Made by a program: the position numbers and the translations under genes. From the NCBI GenBank assembly GCA_024281175.1, contig JAMJTW010000014.1, forward strand, positions 131,675 through 195,674: DNA of 64,000 nucleotides, in the 5' to 3' direction. Of the stretch, positions 17,499 to 26,905 are shown piece by piece. Each line of letters opens with the position of its first letter. Position 1 is the stretch's first letter. Under the pieces are notes generated by a model. That model was not told where the DNA came from, ran no database searches, and was given only the letters and a program-made list of their open reading frames with translations. Origin of the DNA: Candidatus Thiovulum imperiosus (GTDB lineage: Bacteria; Campylobacterota; Campylobacteria; Campylobacterales; Thiovulaceae).

Positions 17499-17882
17499 TT
17501 AGTTCACAACAACTAAATTGAAATTTAAAGTATCAAACTCTTCTTGAAACTCTTCACCGCTCTCTTTTCCATAATCATTTTCAATGTTATATTTCCAATA
17601 TATTTGGATATCACGACCTTCATCTTGAGCATCTTCAAAAAGTGTGAAGAAGTCAAATAGAAGTTTTGAAGAGCTTGAGTTGAAATATGCTATTTCAAGT
17701 TCTACAATAATTGGTTTTTCACTCTCTTCTTTAAGAAACTCTTCAATCCAATCCATAGTTTCATGGTAAAACTCAAATGTGTTTTCTGGATAAGAAGAGC
17801 CTCTAATTTTGATATTTCTATCAAATGGGTCTAAGATAATTTCAGGAGTATATTTTGTTTCTGAAATATGTATTTTCTCCAT
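17499..17882 (-). CDS. SiaC-like regulatory phosphoprotein (DUF1987)
   Basis: 127 aa. TKYTPEI...IKIRGSSYPENTFEFYHETMDWIEEFL...EIAYFNSSSSKLLFDFF...IYWKY. As I recall it, this aligns end to end with P. aeruginosa SiaC (SYPEN, DW.E.FL, Y.NTSS.K). Confidence 0.8.
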   Translation of the reverse strand: MEKIHISETKYTPEIILDPFDRNIKIRGSSYPENTFEFYHETMDWIEEFLKEESEKPIIVELEIAYFNSSSSKLLFDFFTLFEDAQDEGRDIQIYWKYNIENDYGKESGEEFQEEFDTLNFNLVVVN

Positions 17883-17890
17883 TTTAAATC

Positions 17891-18409
17891 CTAAATATAA
17901 GCTATGATTTGGAAAAACATATGTTCACCTTTTTCAGCTATCTCATACTCAATTGGTTCACTTGCTCTTCTTGCTATCTCAATTAAACCTAATCCAGCAC
18001 CTTCATTTTCAACATCTCTATCATCTCTTCTTGTTTGAAGATAGAAATCTTTCAATTCACTTTTGCTCATAACTTGAAGTTTTCCCAATTTTTGAGTTAT
18101 ATTTGGAATATCTTCTTCATCAATATAGTTTCCTGAACCGACAAAATATCTCTCTCTCTTTTTAGAATATCCCATAATAAATAGTCCTAAATTATCATGG
18201 TCTTTTGCATAATTTATCATATTCTGCATCTGTTCTGTAAATATTGAAAATATATCTGTGATAGTTCTTCTAGGTACATGCAAATCTTGAAGTTTGCTCT
18301 CAATTGCACTACCAAGTCCAACAAGTACAGTTTGTGTAACTCTACCGCTGAAACTAAAAAATATTCCATCTTGCTCTAAAATGTTGTGAGCATCTAATAA
18401 ATTTATCAT
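17891..18409 (-). CDS. SiaB-like small GHKL-type protein kinase (anti-sigma-factor-like)
   Basis: 172 aa. C-terminal GAGLGLIEIARRASEPIEYE. Sits directly upstream of the DUF1987 gene, with a 4-nt ATGA overlap with the upstream kinase gene. Confidence 0.6.
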   Translation of the reverse strand: MINLLDAHNILEQDGIFFSFSGRVTQTVLVGLGSAIESKLQDLHVPRRTITDIFSIFTEQMQNMINYAKDHDNLGLFIMGYSKKRERYFVGSGNYIDEEDIPNITQKLGKLQVMSKSELKDFYLQTRRDDRDVENEGAGLGLIEIARRASEPIEYEIAEKGEHMFFQIIAYI

Positions 18410-19215
18410 AAAATTCCCTCATGAATAGATATTGTAAACATAGCTCCACAATCTACATTTTCAACAGATATCTTTCCGCCAAAATCTTTAACTATCTGTT
18501 TTGTCATATACAAACCAACTCCTGTTCCATTCTCTTTTGTTGTAAGGTTTTCTTCAAATATTTTATCAATTATCTCTACTGGAATTCCGCCACCATTATC
18601 TTTAACAATTAGTGAAAAAAGACCATATTTTTGAGAAATACCAATATCAATTTTCCTATCTTTTATACTATTCTCAATAAAAGCATCTTTAGAATTATTT
18701 ATTAGATTGATAATTATATGTTTGAAGTCATTCTGAACACCATAAATCATAAAATCAAAATTTTCTTCTAAAACGACACTTATCTGATTACCTTTTATAA
18801 CATCTTGAAGAATATGTAAAGCTCCAGAAACACTCTCTTTTACTGAAAAGAACTCTTTTGTTCGATTTGGTCTTAAAAACTCTCGAAACTCATCTAAAGT
18901 ATTTAAAAGATGATTTATCTGTAATTCTACTTTATTAGAGAAATTATTAATATATTTTTCATCAACATCACCATAACTGTAATCGTGTAAAAGCATCTGA
19001 TTGTAGAGAGAGATGATAGAGAGAGGCTGTTTCCATTGATGGGCAATAGCATCAACCATCTCTCCCATAGTAACTTTTCTTGATTGCTCTTTGATACTTC
19101 TTTTTATAGAACGGAACTCTTCAAAGAGATTTTCAAAAAACTCGATATCCTCTTTTGAGAAATCTTTTTTATTTAAAATATTTTTAGCAGTAGCAATTTT
19201 TTTATTCAATTTCAT
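18406..19215 (-). CDS. Cytoplasmic sensorless histidine kinase (DHp + HATPase only)
   Basis: H-box AIAHQWKQPLS, N-box INLINNSKDA, G-boxes VKDNGGGIP and GTGVGLYMTKQIV. No TM segment or sensor domain in 269 aa. Confidence 0.8.
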   Translation of the reverse strand: MKLNKKIATAKNILNKKDFSKEDIEFFENLFEEFRSIKRSIKEQSRKVTMGEMVDAIAHQWKQPLSIISLYNQMLLHDYSYGDVDEKYINNFSNKVELQINHLLNTLDEFREFLRPNRTKEFFSVKESVSGALHILQDVIKGNQISVVLEENFDFMIYGVQNDFKHIIINLINNSKDAFIENSIKDRKIDIGISQKYGLFSLIVKDNGGGIPVEIIDKIFEENLTTKENGTGVGLYMTKQIVKDFGGKISVENVDCGAMFTISIHEGIL

Positions 19216-20422
19216 TCACTACCTTTTTAAAGATTTCACCTCTCTCAATATAAGATTTGAATTGGTCTTTACTTGCACAAGCTGGAGATAGAATAGCAAA
19301 ACTTTTTTTAGAGTGTTTTTTAGAAATTTGAGAAATGGCTTGTTCTAAAGTTTCAGATTTTACAAAAGGTATATTAAACTCTTTTGAGAAATTTGAGAGC
19401 ATGGAAACACTTTTTCCAATACCAAAAACTTCAACTCTTTTCTCTTTTAGGATTTCAAAAAGAGGCTTAAAATCAGCATCTTTATCATCTCCGCCTAAAA
19501 TTAGATACAACTTCTCATCTTTAAAACTTTCTAAAAGTGCAATAGTAGAGTCTACATTTGTAGCTTTACTATCATTTATCCAAACTCTACTTTTGGCATC
19601 TAAAATTTTCTCTTGCCGATGAGGTAGCATTTTATAAGAGTTTATCTTCTCATAATCTACCTCATCAAAAAGAATTTTTGAAGTTGCTAAAGCTAGTAGT
19701 GCATCTAAAAGAAAAGCTCCATTGAAATCTATTTTAGAACTATCCAAATTTAACTTTTTTGCTAAATCCTCACTATTTTTATAAGAGATGATATACCCAT
19801 CACTCTCAACATCAGCAAACTCTTCTGGAATTATTGCAACTTCTCCCTCTCTTAAAGTTTTAAGTGGCTTCAACTTACTCTCCACATACTTTTCAAAAGA
19901 GCCGTGCCAATCTGCATGGTCATCTTTTATAGGTAGTAAAATGTAGATATTTGGTTTTGCATGTTTTGTGTAGTGTAGAGTAAAAGAGCTTGTTTCAAGA
20001 ACCCAAATTGAGGAATCTGAACTCATTTTTCCTAAAGGAGTTCCTATATTTCCTCCGCTCTCTGCATATCTCTCTTTCAAAAGTAGAGTTATCATCTCCG
20101 TAGTTGTCGTCTTTCCGTTTGTTCCACTCACCCAGATAGAGAATGGAAACTTCTTCTCTAAATAGAAAAGGTCATATTCACTTATCACCTCACCTTTAAA
20201 ATTTGTGAAAACTTCGTTTGTTGGCGGAACTCCAGGTGCTGGAATCAAGTAAGAGTCTTTTTTCGGTTTTTTTGGAAACTTAGATGAGTGAAAACATCTC
20301 TTTTCAACCAACTCTCTATCATCATAAACTTTATTAATTCTAAACTCTTTTGCAATAGCACAGGTTGTTTTTCCATAGCCAAACAGATAGAGCTGTTTCT
20401 TTACTTTTTTTTCCATTTGCAA
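19202..20422 (-). CDS. murD: UDP-N-acetylmuramoylalanine--D-glutamate ligase
   Basis: GTNGKTTTTEM P-loop. Mur ligase middle and C-terminal domains. 406 aa. Confidence 0.9.
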   Translation of the reverse strand: MQMEKKVKKQLYLFGYGKTTCAIAKEFRINKVYDDRELVEKRCFHSSKFPKKPKKDSYLIPAPGVPPTNEVFTNFKGEVISEYDLFYLEKKFPFSIWVSGTNGKTTTTEMITLLLKERYAESGGNIGTPLGKMSSDSSIWVLETSSFTLHYTKHAKPNIYILLPIKDDHADWHGSFEKYVESKLKPLKTLREGEVAIIPEEFADVESDGYIISYKNSEDLAKKLNLDSSKIDFNGAFLLDALLALATSKILFDEVDYEKINSYKMLPHRQEKILDAKSRVWINDSKATNVDSTIALLESFKDEKLYLILGGDDKDADFKPLFEILKEKRVEVFGIGKSVSMLSNFSKEFNIPFVKSETLEQAISQISKKHSKKSFAILSPACASKDQFKSYIERGEIFKKVVNEIE

Positions 20423-20452
20423 AATTCTATCAAAAACTACTTCTATAACTTT

Positions 20453-21040
20453 TTAAAATATATAGATAAGAAATTTGAAGAATTCTGGAATAAAATCTAA
20501 GAGTCCCTGTTCACTTTTCCACCAATTTTGAGGAGTATAAATTCTGCTTTCTGCTCCTGCTATTTCAATATCTGCTCTGCCATCACAATATTTCCAGAAA
20601 GCAAAATAGGCTCTTCTAGTGTGGAACTGGTCAGTAACAACTATCACTCTTTCCCAACCCTGAGTTTTCTGGTATTCACAAAAATCTAAAACTTCATCTT
20701 TTGTACTTGCAGCTGGTTTCTCTCGATAAGGAATTTTCTGAATTGGAATGTTGTGGTACTCTAAAATCATCTCTCCAATCTCTCTTTGAGTCTGTATAAA
20801 ACTATATTTATCAGCAATATCTATTGGAGAAGTTAAATATATTTGAGAAGAGTAACCATCTTTTAGAAGTTCTATGGCTTTATCAACTCTGGTTTCATTT
20901 CTCCCTCCCAACACTAAAATAGCATCAGCACCTTTTGTAGCATTTTCAAAAATGAATAGATTTGCATATCCCTCCAATAGTTTCTCTCTAAAGAGAAAAA
21001 GGAGAGATATAAAAAGTAGAAGTAGTAAAATTTTCTTCAA
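20453..21040 (-). CDS. DUF218 (YdcF/ElyC-like) membrane-anchored protein
   Basis: N-terminal TM helix. ADAILVLGG ... VIVVTDQFHTRRA motifs. Confidence 0.7.
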   Translation of the reverse strand: MKKILLLLLFISLLFLFREKLLEGYANLFIFENATKGADAILVLGGRNETRVDKAIELLKDGYSSQIYLTSPIDIADKYSFIQTQREIGEMILEYHNIPIQKIPYREKPAASTKDEVLDFCEYQKTQGWERVIVVTDQFHTRRAYFAFWKYCDGRADIEIAGAESRIYTPQNWWKSEQGLLDFIPEFFKFLIYIF

Positions 21041-21043
21041 AAC

Positions 21044-23119
21044 TTACTCTGTAACACATAAGATATAGAGTGAGTTTGAAACGAAACCATCATCACTGCT
21101 AGAGCCATCATTGAACGAGATTTTCCACTTGTAGTTTTCATTATCAGATACAGGAGTACTACTCCAATACCAGTTGTCATATCTAATATTTTCAAAAATA
21201 CTATCTACAAATGGTCTCTCGCTTCTCTTCTGGTTTGCAATAGATTGCAACTCTTCAATAGTTGGTAATTTCCAATCATCTCGACCTCCAAAAGTTCGTT
21301 TATCACAAAATTCTTTTGCATATTCAAAATCACCACTATTAACTTCTACCTCATCAATCCAGTAGAGGTTATGAGTTGTATCAAGTACAATACTGTTTTT
21401 ATCATCTCTCTGAAATGTCAAATCTTCATAAGATGAAACTCCACGAACACATCGTACAAAAGCCTCTTCCTCTTTTTCACGCCAATCATCAAAACCTTCA
21501 TATCCAGAAACCACCCAAGCCTTACTACCTGTTTCATTGTGAAGACCTGAATAGGTAACAAGTTGATTACTCCAAAAGAACTCATCTTTTAAGAAATGAA
21601 ACTCCTTATCAATAGTTGGAATACCGATATCTCGGTCACTAAGATACCAAAGTTCTTTAAATGTTGGAACTCTCCAATCTGACTTTCTATCAAGTGTAAG
21701 CTCCTCACAATACTTCTCAGCAAATTCTAATGTACCAAAAAAGAGGTTTTCTTTATAATCTTCCCACTCTAAGCCTCTACCATTTGAGACAACTCCATTT
21801 GAATTTCTACTATACTCAACATCTACTCTTAGAAAAGTCGAATTTGCCTCTCCCTCTTCAGAAACTTGCATACTTCCACTCTCTTCTGTCGCTATCTTCC
21901 AATAATCTATATCATTCAAACTTATGTATGAGTGTTGAACTTCTCCTAAATTCAAGATATAAGCATAAGATAACTTATCATTTGGTTCTAAACTACCGCT
22001 ACCTATATTTTTATCTGGTGATGTAAGGTTGATGTTGTTATTATCAGCACCAATACCGTAGTAGGTTTCACCACCCTCAACAGAATTTACAATTGCAAGT
22101 ATATAAGGTGTATCCTCTTTTTGAAGTGGTAATTCCATAGAGAAATTTCTGCTATTTAGTAAAAAGACCTCATCACTATTTGGATAGTATAAAACTCCTT
22201 TCAAATCAGAAACAGACTCTATATGGAGCTTGAAATTATCTTTATGAACTCTAATAGGAATGTATTGCACCCACTCTCTATTGTCATCATCTTTGATTTT
22301 TACAGTCAAATTGTAATCTTTTGCATTTTCACTCTGCTTTGGAAATTTGAGATGGACAAGAGTCTCTCTACTCTCTTCGCTACCAAGTGGTCTAGTCAAG
22401 TAGTCTTGGTCTACCGTAGCACCCTCAATAGAAACTCGTATCTCAACTCCTTCAGCTCGAACACTACCTATGTTCTTAACAGTGACAGTGCCGTCATACT
22501 GCTCTCCACCGCTATATAAAAAATCAGCATTTGTTTGAAAAGTTGCTTGAAAATTTGGAGCATTACTTTCTGCAAGTTGCAAATCCAAATACTCATCTTC
22601 TCTTTTCAAATCTAATTCCAAATCTAAGTAACCAAATTTAGAATTTACTGAAGCTGTATAGACTCCAGCTGGTAAAGAGCTATTCTTAAAAGTTCCGTTT
22701 TCATCAGTTACTACTGTTGCAAAAATATTTTCATCGAGAATGTTTCTTAAAATCATCTCAACACCAACAGCGTCTACGAAATCTTTTAACTCTTTCTCTT
22801 CGAAATAGCTGTTGTCAAAAAAGATATTTCCACTAAGATTTACATTTCTGCTACTCTGTCTAAGATATACAGTTTCATCAACTTTTATCACATTTTCAGC
22901 AACAGTTTCTATTTCTATCTTTTCAGTTGTAATATAGAGTTGGTCGGTAGCATCTTCGACATTTATCCAGCTTCCCCAATATGCGCTATTTCTTATCGAG
23001 ATATTTTCCTCTGGTTCTGACTCTTTAATTAGAGTTGTAGAAGAGCTACTGTTTCCACTACAACCTAAAAAAAGAAGAGGAATTAAGAAGATATAAAACA
23101 TAATTTTCCCTTTTAACAC
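21044..23119 (-). CDS. Lipoprotein with CARDB-like and pre-peptidase C-terminal (PPC)-like domains and two C-terminal DUF1566 domains (likely start 23101, MFYIF...)
   Basis: Lipobox LLFLGC. TVTVKNIGSVRAEGVEIRV (CARDB-like). EPNDKLSYAY...DIDYWKI (PPC-like). Two copies of A..YC..L......DWR.PT..EL ... CV. Confidence 0.75.
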   Translation of the reverse strand: MLKGKIMFYIFLIPLLFLGCSGNSSSSTTLIKESEPEENISIRNSAYWGSWINVEDATDQLYITTEKIEIETVAENVIKVDETVYLRQSSRNVNLSGNIFFDNSYFEEKELKDFVDAVGVEMILRNILDENIFATVVTDENGTFKNSSLPAGVYTASVNSKFGYLDLELDLKREDEYLDLQLAESNAPNFQATFQTNADFLYSGGEQYDGTVTVKNIGSVRAEGVEIRVSIEGATVDQDYLTRPLGSEESRETLVHLKFPKQSENAKDYNLTVKIKDDDNREWVQYIPIRVHKDNFKLHIESVSDLKGVLYYPNSDEVFLLNSRNFSMELPLQKEDTPYILAIVNSVEGGETYYGIGADNNNINLTSPDKNIGSGSLEPNDKLSYAYILNLGEVQHSYISLNDIDYWKIATEESGSMQVSEEGEANSTFLRVDVEYSRNSNGVVSNGRGLEWEDYKENLFFGTLEFAEKYCEELTLDRKSDWRVPTFKELWYLSDRDIGIPTIDKEFHFLKDEFFWSNQLVTYSGLHNETGSKAWVVSGYEGFDDWREKEEEAFVRCVRGVSSYEDLTFQRDDKNSIVLDTTHNLYWIDEVEVNSGDFEYAKEFCDKRTFGGRDDWKLPTIEELQSIANQKRSERPFVDSIFENIRYDNWYWSSTPVSDNENYKWKISFNDGSSSDDGFVSNSLYILCVTE

Positions 23120-23949
23120 TTTTTTGATATTTGAAGTCCTAATCTTTTGAGCATCTCAATATCTCTATTACCATCTCTACCTTTTGTTGTGAGATAGTTT
23201 CCAATAACAATAGAGTTTGCTCCAGCACGAAAAACCTCATCTTGCCTCTCTTTAAAGAAAGACTCTCTGCCTCCAGCAACCATTATCATCTCTTTTGGAA
23301 ACCGTTTTCGAAATTCTGAAATGATTTCAAAACCTCTATCTATACTTAAACTGTTTTCAGGTAGAGGTAGTGCTGGATTGTGATGAAAGAAGTTTAAAGG
23401 TATAGACTCAGGTTGTAACTCCTCTAAACTTTTTAATAGAGACTCTACATCATTGTCAGTTTCACCCATTCCAAAAATTCCACCACTACATAAATCTAAA
23501 CCAACCTCTTTAACATTTTGACAAGTTTCAAATCGCTCACTCCAAGAGTGAGTAGAACAGATTTCTGGATAGAACTCTTTTGAAGTTTCTAAGTTATGAT
23601 TGTAACTATCGATACCACCTCTCTTCAATTCCAAAAGTTGCTCTTTTGTAGCTGTTCCATTACAGGCGATGAGGTTCAAATCTGGGACTTCACTCTTTAT
23701 ATTATCAGCAACTTCCAAAACATATTTTAAAGTTTTAGAAGTTAAGCCTTTTCCAGCAGTTACCAAACAGAAACCTGTTGCACCTAAAGAAGAGAGCTGT
23801 TTCGCTTCAGCAACAATTTTGCTTATCTCTTTCTTTGAGTATCTCTCAATATCAGCACCATACTTTACACTTTGAGTACAAAATTTGCAATCTTCCAAAC
23901 AAGTTCCACTCTCAATATTACTTATTGAACATAAAAAAACATTTTTCAT
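23113..23949 (-). CDS. bioB: Biotin synthase
   Basis: Radical-SAM CLEDCKFC. 278 aa, the epsilonproteobacterial BioB length and N-terminus (FLCSI.N..SG.C.EDC.FCTQS). Confidence 0.9.
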   Translation of the reverse strand: MKNVFLCSISNIESGTCLEDCKFCTQSVKYGADIERYSKKEISKIVAEAKQLSSLGATGFCLVTAGKGLTSKTLKYVLEVADNIKSEVPDLNLIACNGTATKEQLLELKRGGIDSYNHNLETSKEFYPEICSTHSWSERFETCQNVKEVGLDLCSGGIFGMGETDNDVESLLKSLEELQPESIPLNFFHHNPALPLPENSLSIDRGFEIISEFRKRFPKEMIMVAGGRESFFKERQDEVFRAGANSIVIGNYLTTKGRDGNRDIEMLKRLGLQISKKC

Positions 23950-23958
23950 TTCTACCTC

Positions 23959-25002
23959 TTACACAGGAGTCGGTTTTCCAAAATAGAAACCTTGAACAAA
24001 ATCAACTCCAATACTTTTGAGAGTTTTAAACTCTTCAATTCTCTCTATTCCTTCAGCTAGAACCTTAATTCCATTGCTGTTTGCTATATCATAAAGAGCT
24101 TTATAAACAGATTTTTTCATTGGACTTTTATCTATTTCTGAAATTATATTTCTATCAATTTTAATAATATCAGGTTTCATATCAATAAGAAGATTTAAAT
24201 TTGAATACCCCTCACCAACATCATCAAGAGCAATTTTAAATCCCTGCTTTTTATAGAAATTTAAGATTTTTTGTAGATGTTTCTGGTCTTTTACAAGTTC
24301 TGTTTCAATAACTTCAAAAATGATATTTGAGAAATTCAAATTTAGTTTTTTTGCAATTCCCATTGTTGTCTGCAAACAGAACTCTGGGTCATAAATTGCT
24401 GTTGGCATAAAATTTATAAATATCTTCTTCTCTATTTTTGAATTTGATGCACTCTGTAAAGCTGTCTCTCTGCAAACTCTATCAACCATAAAATTTAAAT
24501 CATTTCGAGCAGTCTTCTCAAAAAACTCATTTGGATACATGATAGAGCCATCAGATTTTATACCTCTAATTAGAGCTTCGTATCCAAATAGAGTGTCACT
24601 CTCTACTTCTAAAATAGGTTGGAAATAGGAGGTTAGATTTCTCTTTTCCAAAATATCAAAGAACTCCCTATCTTCAACATGATTTAAAAATATCTCAAGT
24701 GATTTTGAAAAGAGAACTGAACGATAATTCAGTTTCTCATTTTCTGTTTCAATAAATAGTTTTATAACCTCCTGCTCTATTTGACTAAAACACTCCTTGA
24801 ATTCTTTAAAAAAGTTTTGAAGAAACTGTTCTGGATTTTTACAAGAAATTTTTATAAGGTCATCTGTTTCACTATAAGCTATTTCTAATTTAGAAAAACA
24901 TCTCTCTATTTTCTTTTTGATTTCATCAAATTCTGAAATAAAATATATAGCACTACTTTTTCTTGGTAAATTTAAATATGGGTTGCATTTTTGACATGAC
25001 AT
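23959..25002 (-). CDS. EAL-domain c-di-GMP phosphodiesterase with an uncharacterised N-terminal domain
   Basis: YFQPI...GYEALIRG, FINFMP, FEVIE, ALDDVGEGYS, IKID, AEGIE, QGFYF. The catalytic set appears complete. Confidence 0.85.
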   Translation of the reverse strand: MSCQKCNPYLNLPRKSSAIYFISEFDEIKKKIERCFSKLEIAYSETDDLIKISCKNPEQFLQNFFKEFKECFSQIEQEVIKLFIETENEKLNYRSVLFSKSLEIFLNHVEDREFFDILEKRNLTSYFQPILEVESDTLFGYEALIRGIKSDGSIMYPNEFFEKTARNDLNFMVDRVCRETALQSASNSKIEKKIFINFMPTAIYDPEFCLQTTMGIAKKLNLNFSNIIFEVIETELVKDQKHLQKILNFYKKQGFKIALDDVGEGYSNLNLLIDMKPDIIKIDRNIISEIDKSPMKKSVYKALYDIANSNGIKVLAEGIERIEEFKTLKSIGVDFVQGFYFGKPTPV

Positions 25003-25113
25003 AAGAAGAGTCTCTTTCTTGCTATTTTAACAAAAGTTAAATTATTGAGGTAAATTTTTCGGGACTGACCAAATAGCTTTTTCAGGGTAAAACACTCTGA
25101 GGAAGTAAAACAA

Positions 25114-25172
25114 CCGAAGAGTCTACAATTTGAGATAGACTCTTTGCATTCGCTCAGAGAGGAAATCCTACT
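25114..25172. repeat. Type B intergenic repeat (GAAGAGTC hairpin + GCATTCGCTCAGAGAGGAAATCCTACT)
   Basis: CCGAAGAGTCTACAATTTGAGATAGACTCTTTGCATTCGCTCAGAGAGGAAATCCTACT. The same module occurs at 40072-40123. Confidence 0.8.
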
Positions 25173-25198
25173 CCATTTAGCCAACCCCGTAAATTTTT

Positions 25199-26107
25199 CT
25201 AAAAGATATCTATTTGGAATTTATCTTTTCTATTTTTCATTTTAAGAATTAAACTATTTTTATTATGAGAGATTTTTACAAAATCTACACCAATTTTTAC
25301 AACAGTATATTTCCCATATTTGTCTCCAACTCTATACCATTTTCCAGATATTTTGGCTCTATTGTTTAAAACAATTTCCAAGTTATTTGTAGGATTTTTT
25401 CTGTTGTAAGAACATCTTTCAACTCTCTTCTCTTTTGTGAAGTTCTCTATCTCATAAACTATCTTTTTCCCAACTCCAATTTTTGCATTTCTCAAATCTT
25501 GAAGTGAAGCTAATGGGTTCTCTTTTCGAAAATTTATAATTTTCTGGGCTATCTTCTCTCCAATTCCTGAAATCTCTATGAGTTCACTTCTGGAAGCTGA
25601 CTTCCAATCAAATTTGTAAAGATAAGTTTTGTAGTAGCATCTTCTCTTTGAAGACTTTTTCACTTTTCTTTTTTTTACAACACTCTTTCGAGTACATCTT
25701 TTACTATTTATAATATGTCCTCTAATATGACCTATTATAGTTTTCCCTAATCCTCGTATCTTTTCCAAATCTTTAATAGTTGTTAAGGAGTTGTTTTTCC
25801 GAAAATTTACAATTTTCTGAGCTATTTTTTCATTAACCTCTCTAATTTGCATAAAATCTTCCTTGGAAGCTCTATCTAATTTGAAAGTGTAATGGCAGTT
25901 CTCTTCTATGGTAGTTGGAAGTTCTAAAACTTCACTTTTTTCTCTCTTTTGGAAAAATGGATTGGAGATATTTAAACTACCATTTCTATCTAAACCATCT
26001 CTTGGAGAGTTTATAACAGTAGTTATCTCATTTATAAATTGTTTGAATTGTTTATCCCCCTCTCCAAAGAGAAAAGAGATGGAGAGGAGTAGGAGAAGAA
26101 ACCTCAT
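25199..26107 (-). CDS. Secreted protein with two ComEA-like helix-hairpin-helix modules and a C-terminal PilP/GspC-like beta domain
   Basis: Signal peptide. IREVNEKIAQKIVNFRKNNSLTTIKDLEKIRGLGKTI and ISGIGEKIAQKIINFRKENPLASLQDL. C-terminal ISGKWYRVGDKYGKYTVVKIGVDFVKI. Confidence 0.6.
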   Translation of the reverse strand: MRFLLLLLSISFLFGEGDKQFKQFINEITTVINSPRDGLDRNGSLNISNPFFQKREKSEVLELPTTIEENCHYTFKLDRASKEDFMQIREVNEKIAQKIVNFRKNNSLTTIKDLEKIRGLGKTIIGHIRGHIINSKRCTRKSVVKKRKVKKSSKRRCYYKTYLYKFDWKSASRSELIEISGIGEKIAQKIINFRKENPLASLQDLRNAKIGVGKKIVYEIENFTKEKRVERCSYNRKNPTNNLEIVLNNRAKISGKWYRVGDKYGKYTVVKIGVDFVKISHNKNSLILKMKNRKDKFQIDIF

Positions 26108-26109
26108 CT

Positions 26110-26688
26110 CTAATCTAAGTTGTTTTCACCTAAATCATCTTTGTAGAAGTCTCTCAAAGCACGAATTACAATCGCATTTTTGGAGATACTCTCACTTTTA
26201 GCTGCTATATCAACTCTCTCATAAACATCAAGAGGCAGAGAAATTGAAAAAGTTTTTGTCTCAATTTTCTTTCTTCTCTTGATAATATCTGTGATGGCTG
26301 TAAGCAAATCTATGATTTTATCAGTATCAATTGGTTTTTGAATAAAGCTATTTACACCAATCTCAATTGTTTCAGAGATTTTTGTAATATCATTACTTGC
26401 AGAGATAATTACAATTATCTGCTTTCTGTTTATCTCTCTAATTCTTCGAGAGAGAGTAATACCGTCCATTCCGTCCATGATAATATCAACAAAGACTACA
26501 TCTGGTCTATATTTCTGGTAAATTTCAAATCCATCTTTACCATTGTATGTAGAATAGACATCAGAAAAGAAATTTGAAAAAGTTGTAGAGAGAAGTCTAT
26601 TTGCCTCTTTCTCATCTTCAACTATCATCGCTGTTAATTTTTTTGTCTCTTCTGATAATCTTACTAAATCAAAACTCTTCTTTTTCAT
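26110..26688 (-). CDS. Response regulator: receiver domain fused to a C-terminal ribbon-helix-helix (CopG/Arc-like) domain
   Basis: MIVEDE...DVVFVDIIMDGMDG...FIQKP (REC). C-terminal SISLPLDVYERVDIAAKSESISKNAIVIRALRDFY (RHH pattern). Confidence 0.7.
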   Translation of the reverse strand: MKKKSFDLVRLSEETKKLTAMIVEDEKEANRLLSTTFSNFFSDVYSTYNGKDGFEIYQKYRPDVVFVDIIMDGMDGITLSRRIREINRKQIIVIISASNDITKISETIEIGVNSFIQKPIDTDKIIDLLTAITDIIKRRKKIETKTFSISLPLDVYERVDIAAKSESISKNAIVIRALRDFYKDDLGENNLD

Positions 26689-26903
26689 TTCACCATACCT
26701 TGTAGAGTTGAAATAACATCAGTTAAATTTTCATAAGGAATATGCACTTTCCAATCTGGCTCATCTCCATTTAAAGAGATAGCAATAGAAACAACAGGGT
26801 CGCTATTTTGACCATAAGGCTCTTTTAGTTCTCCAATAGAAATTGTTCCATCTTTGGTTCCAGCTAAAGAAAATTCCTCTTTTATCTCTAATATTCCAGA
26901 CAT
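26685..26903 (-). CDS. Small hypothetical protein (72 aa), translationally coupled between lpxD and the response regulator
   Basis: 4-nt overlap with the downstream gene and a 2-nt gap after the lpxD stop. I recognise no family. Confidence 0.45.
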   Translation of the reverse strand: MSGILEIKEEFSLAGTKDGTISIGELKEPYGQNSDPVVSIAISLNGDEPDWKVHIPYENLTDVISTLQGMVK

Positions 26904-26905
26904 AT

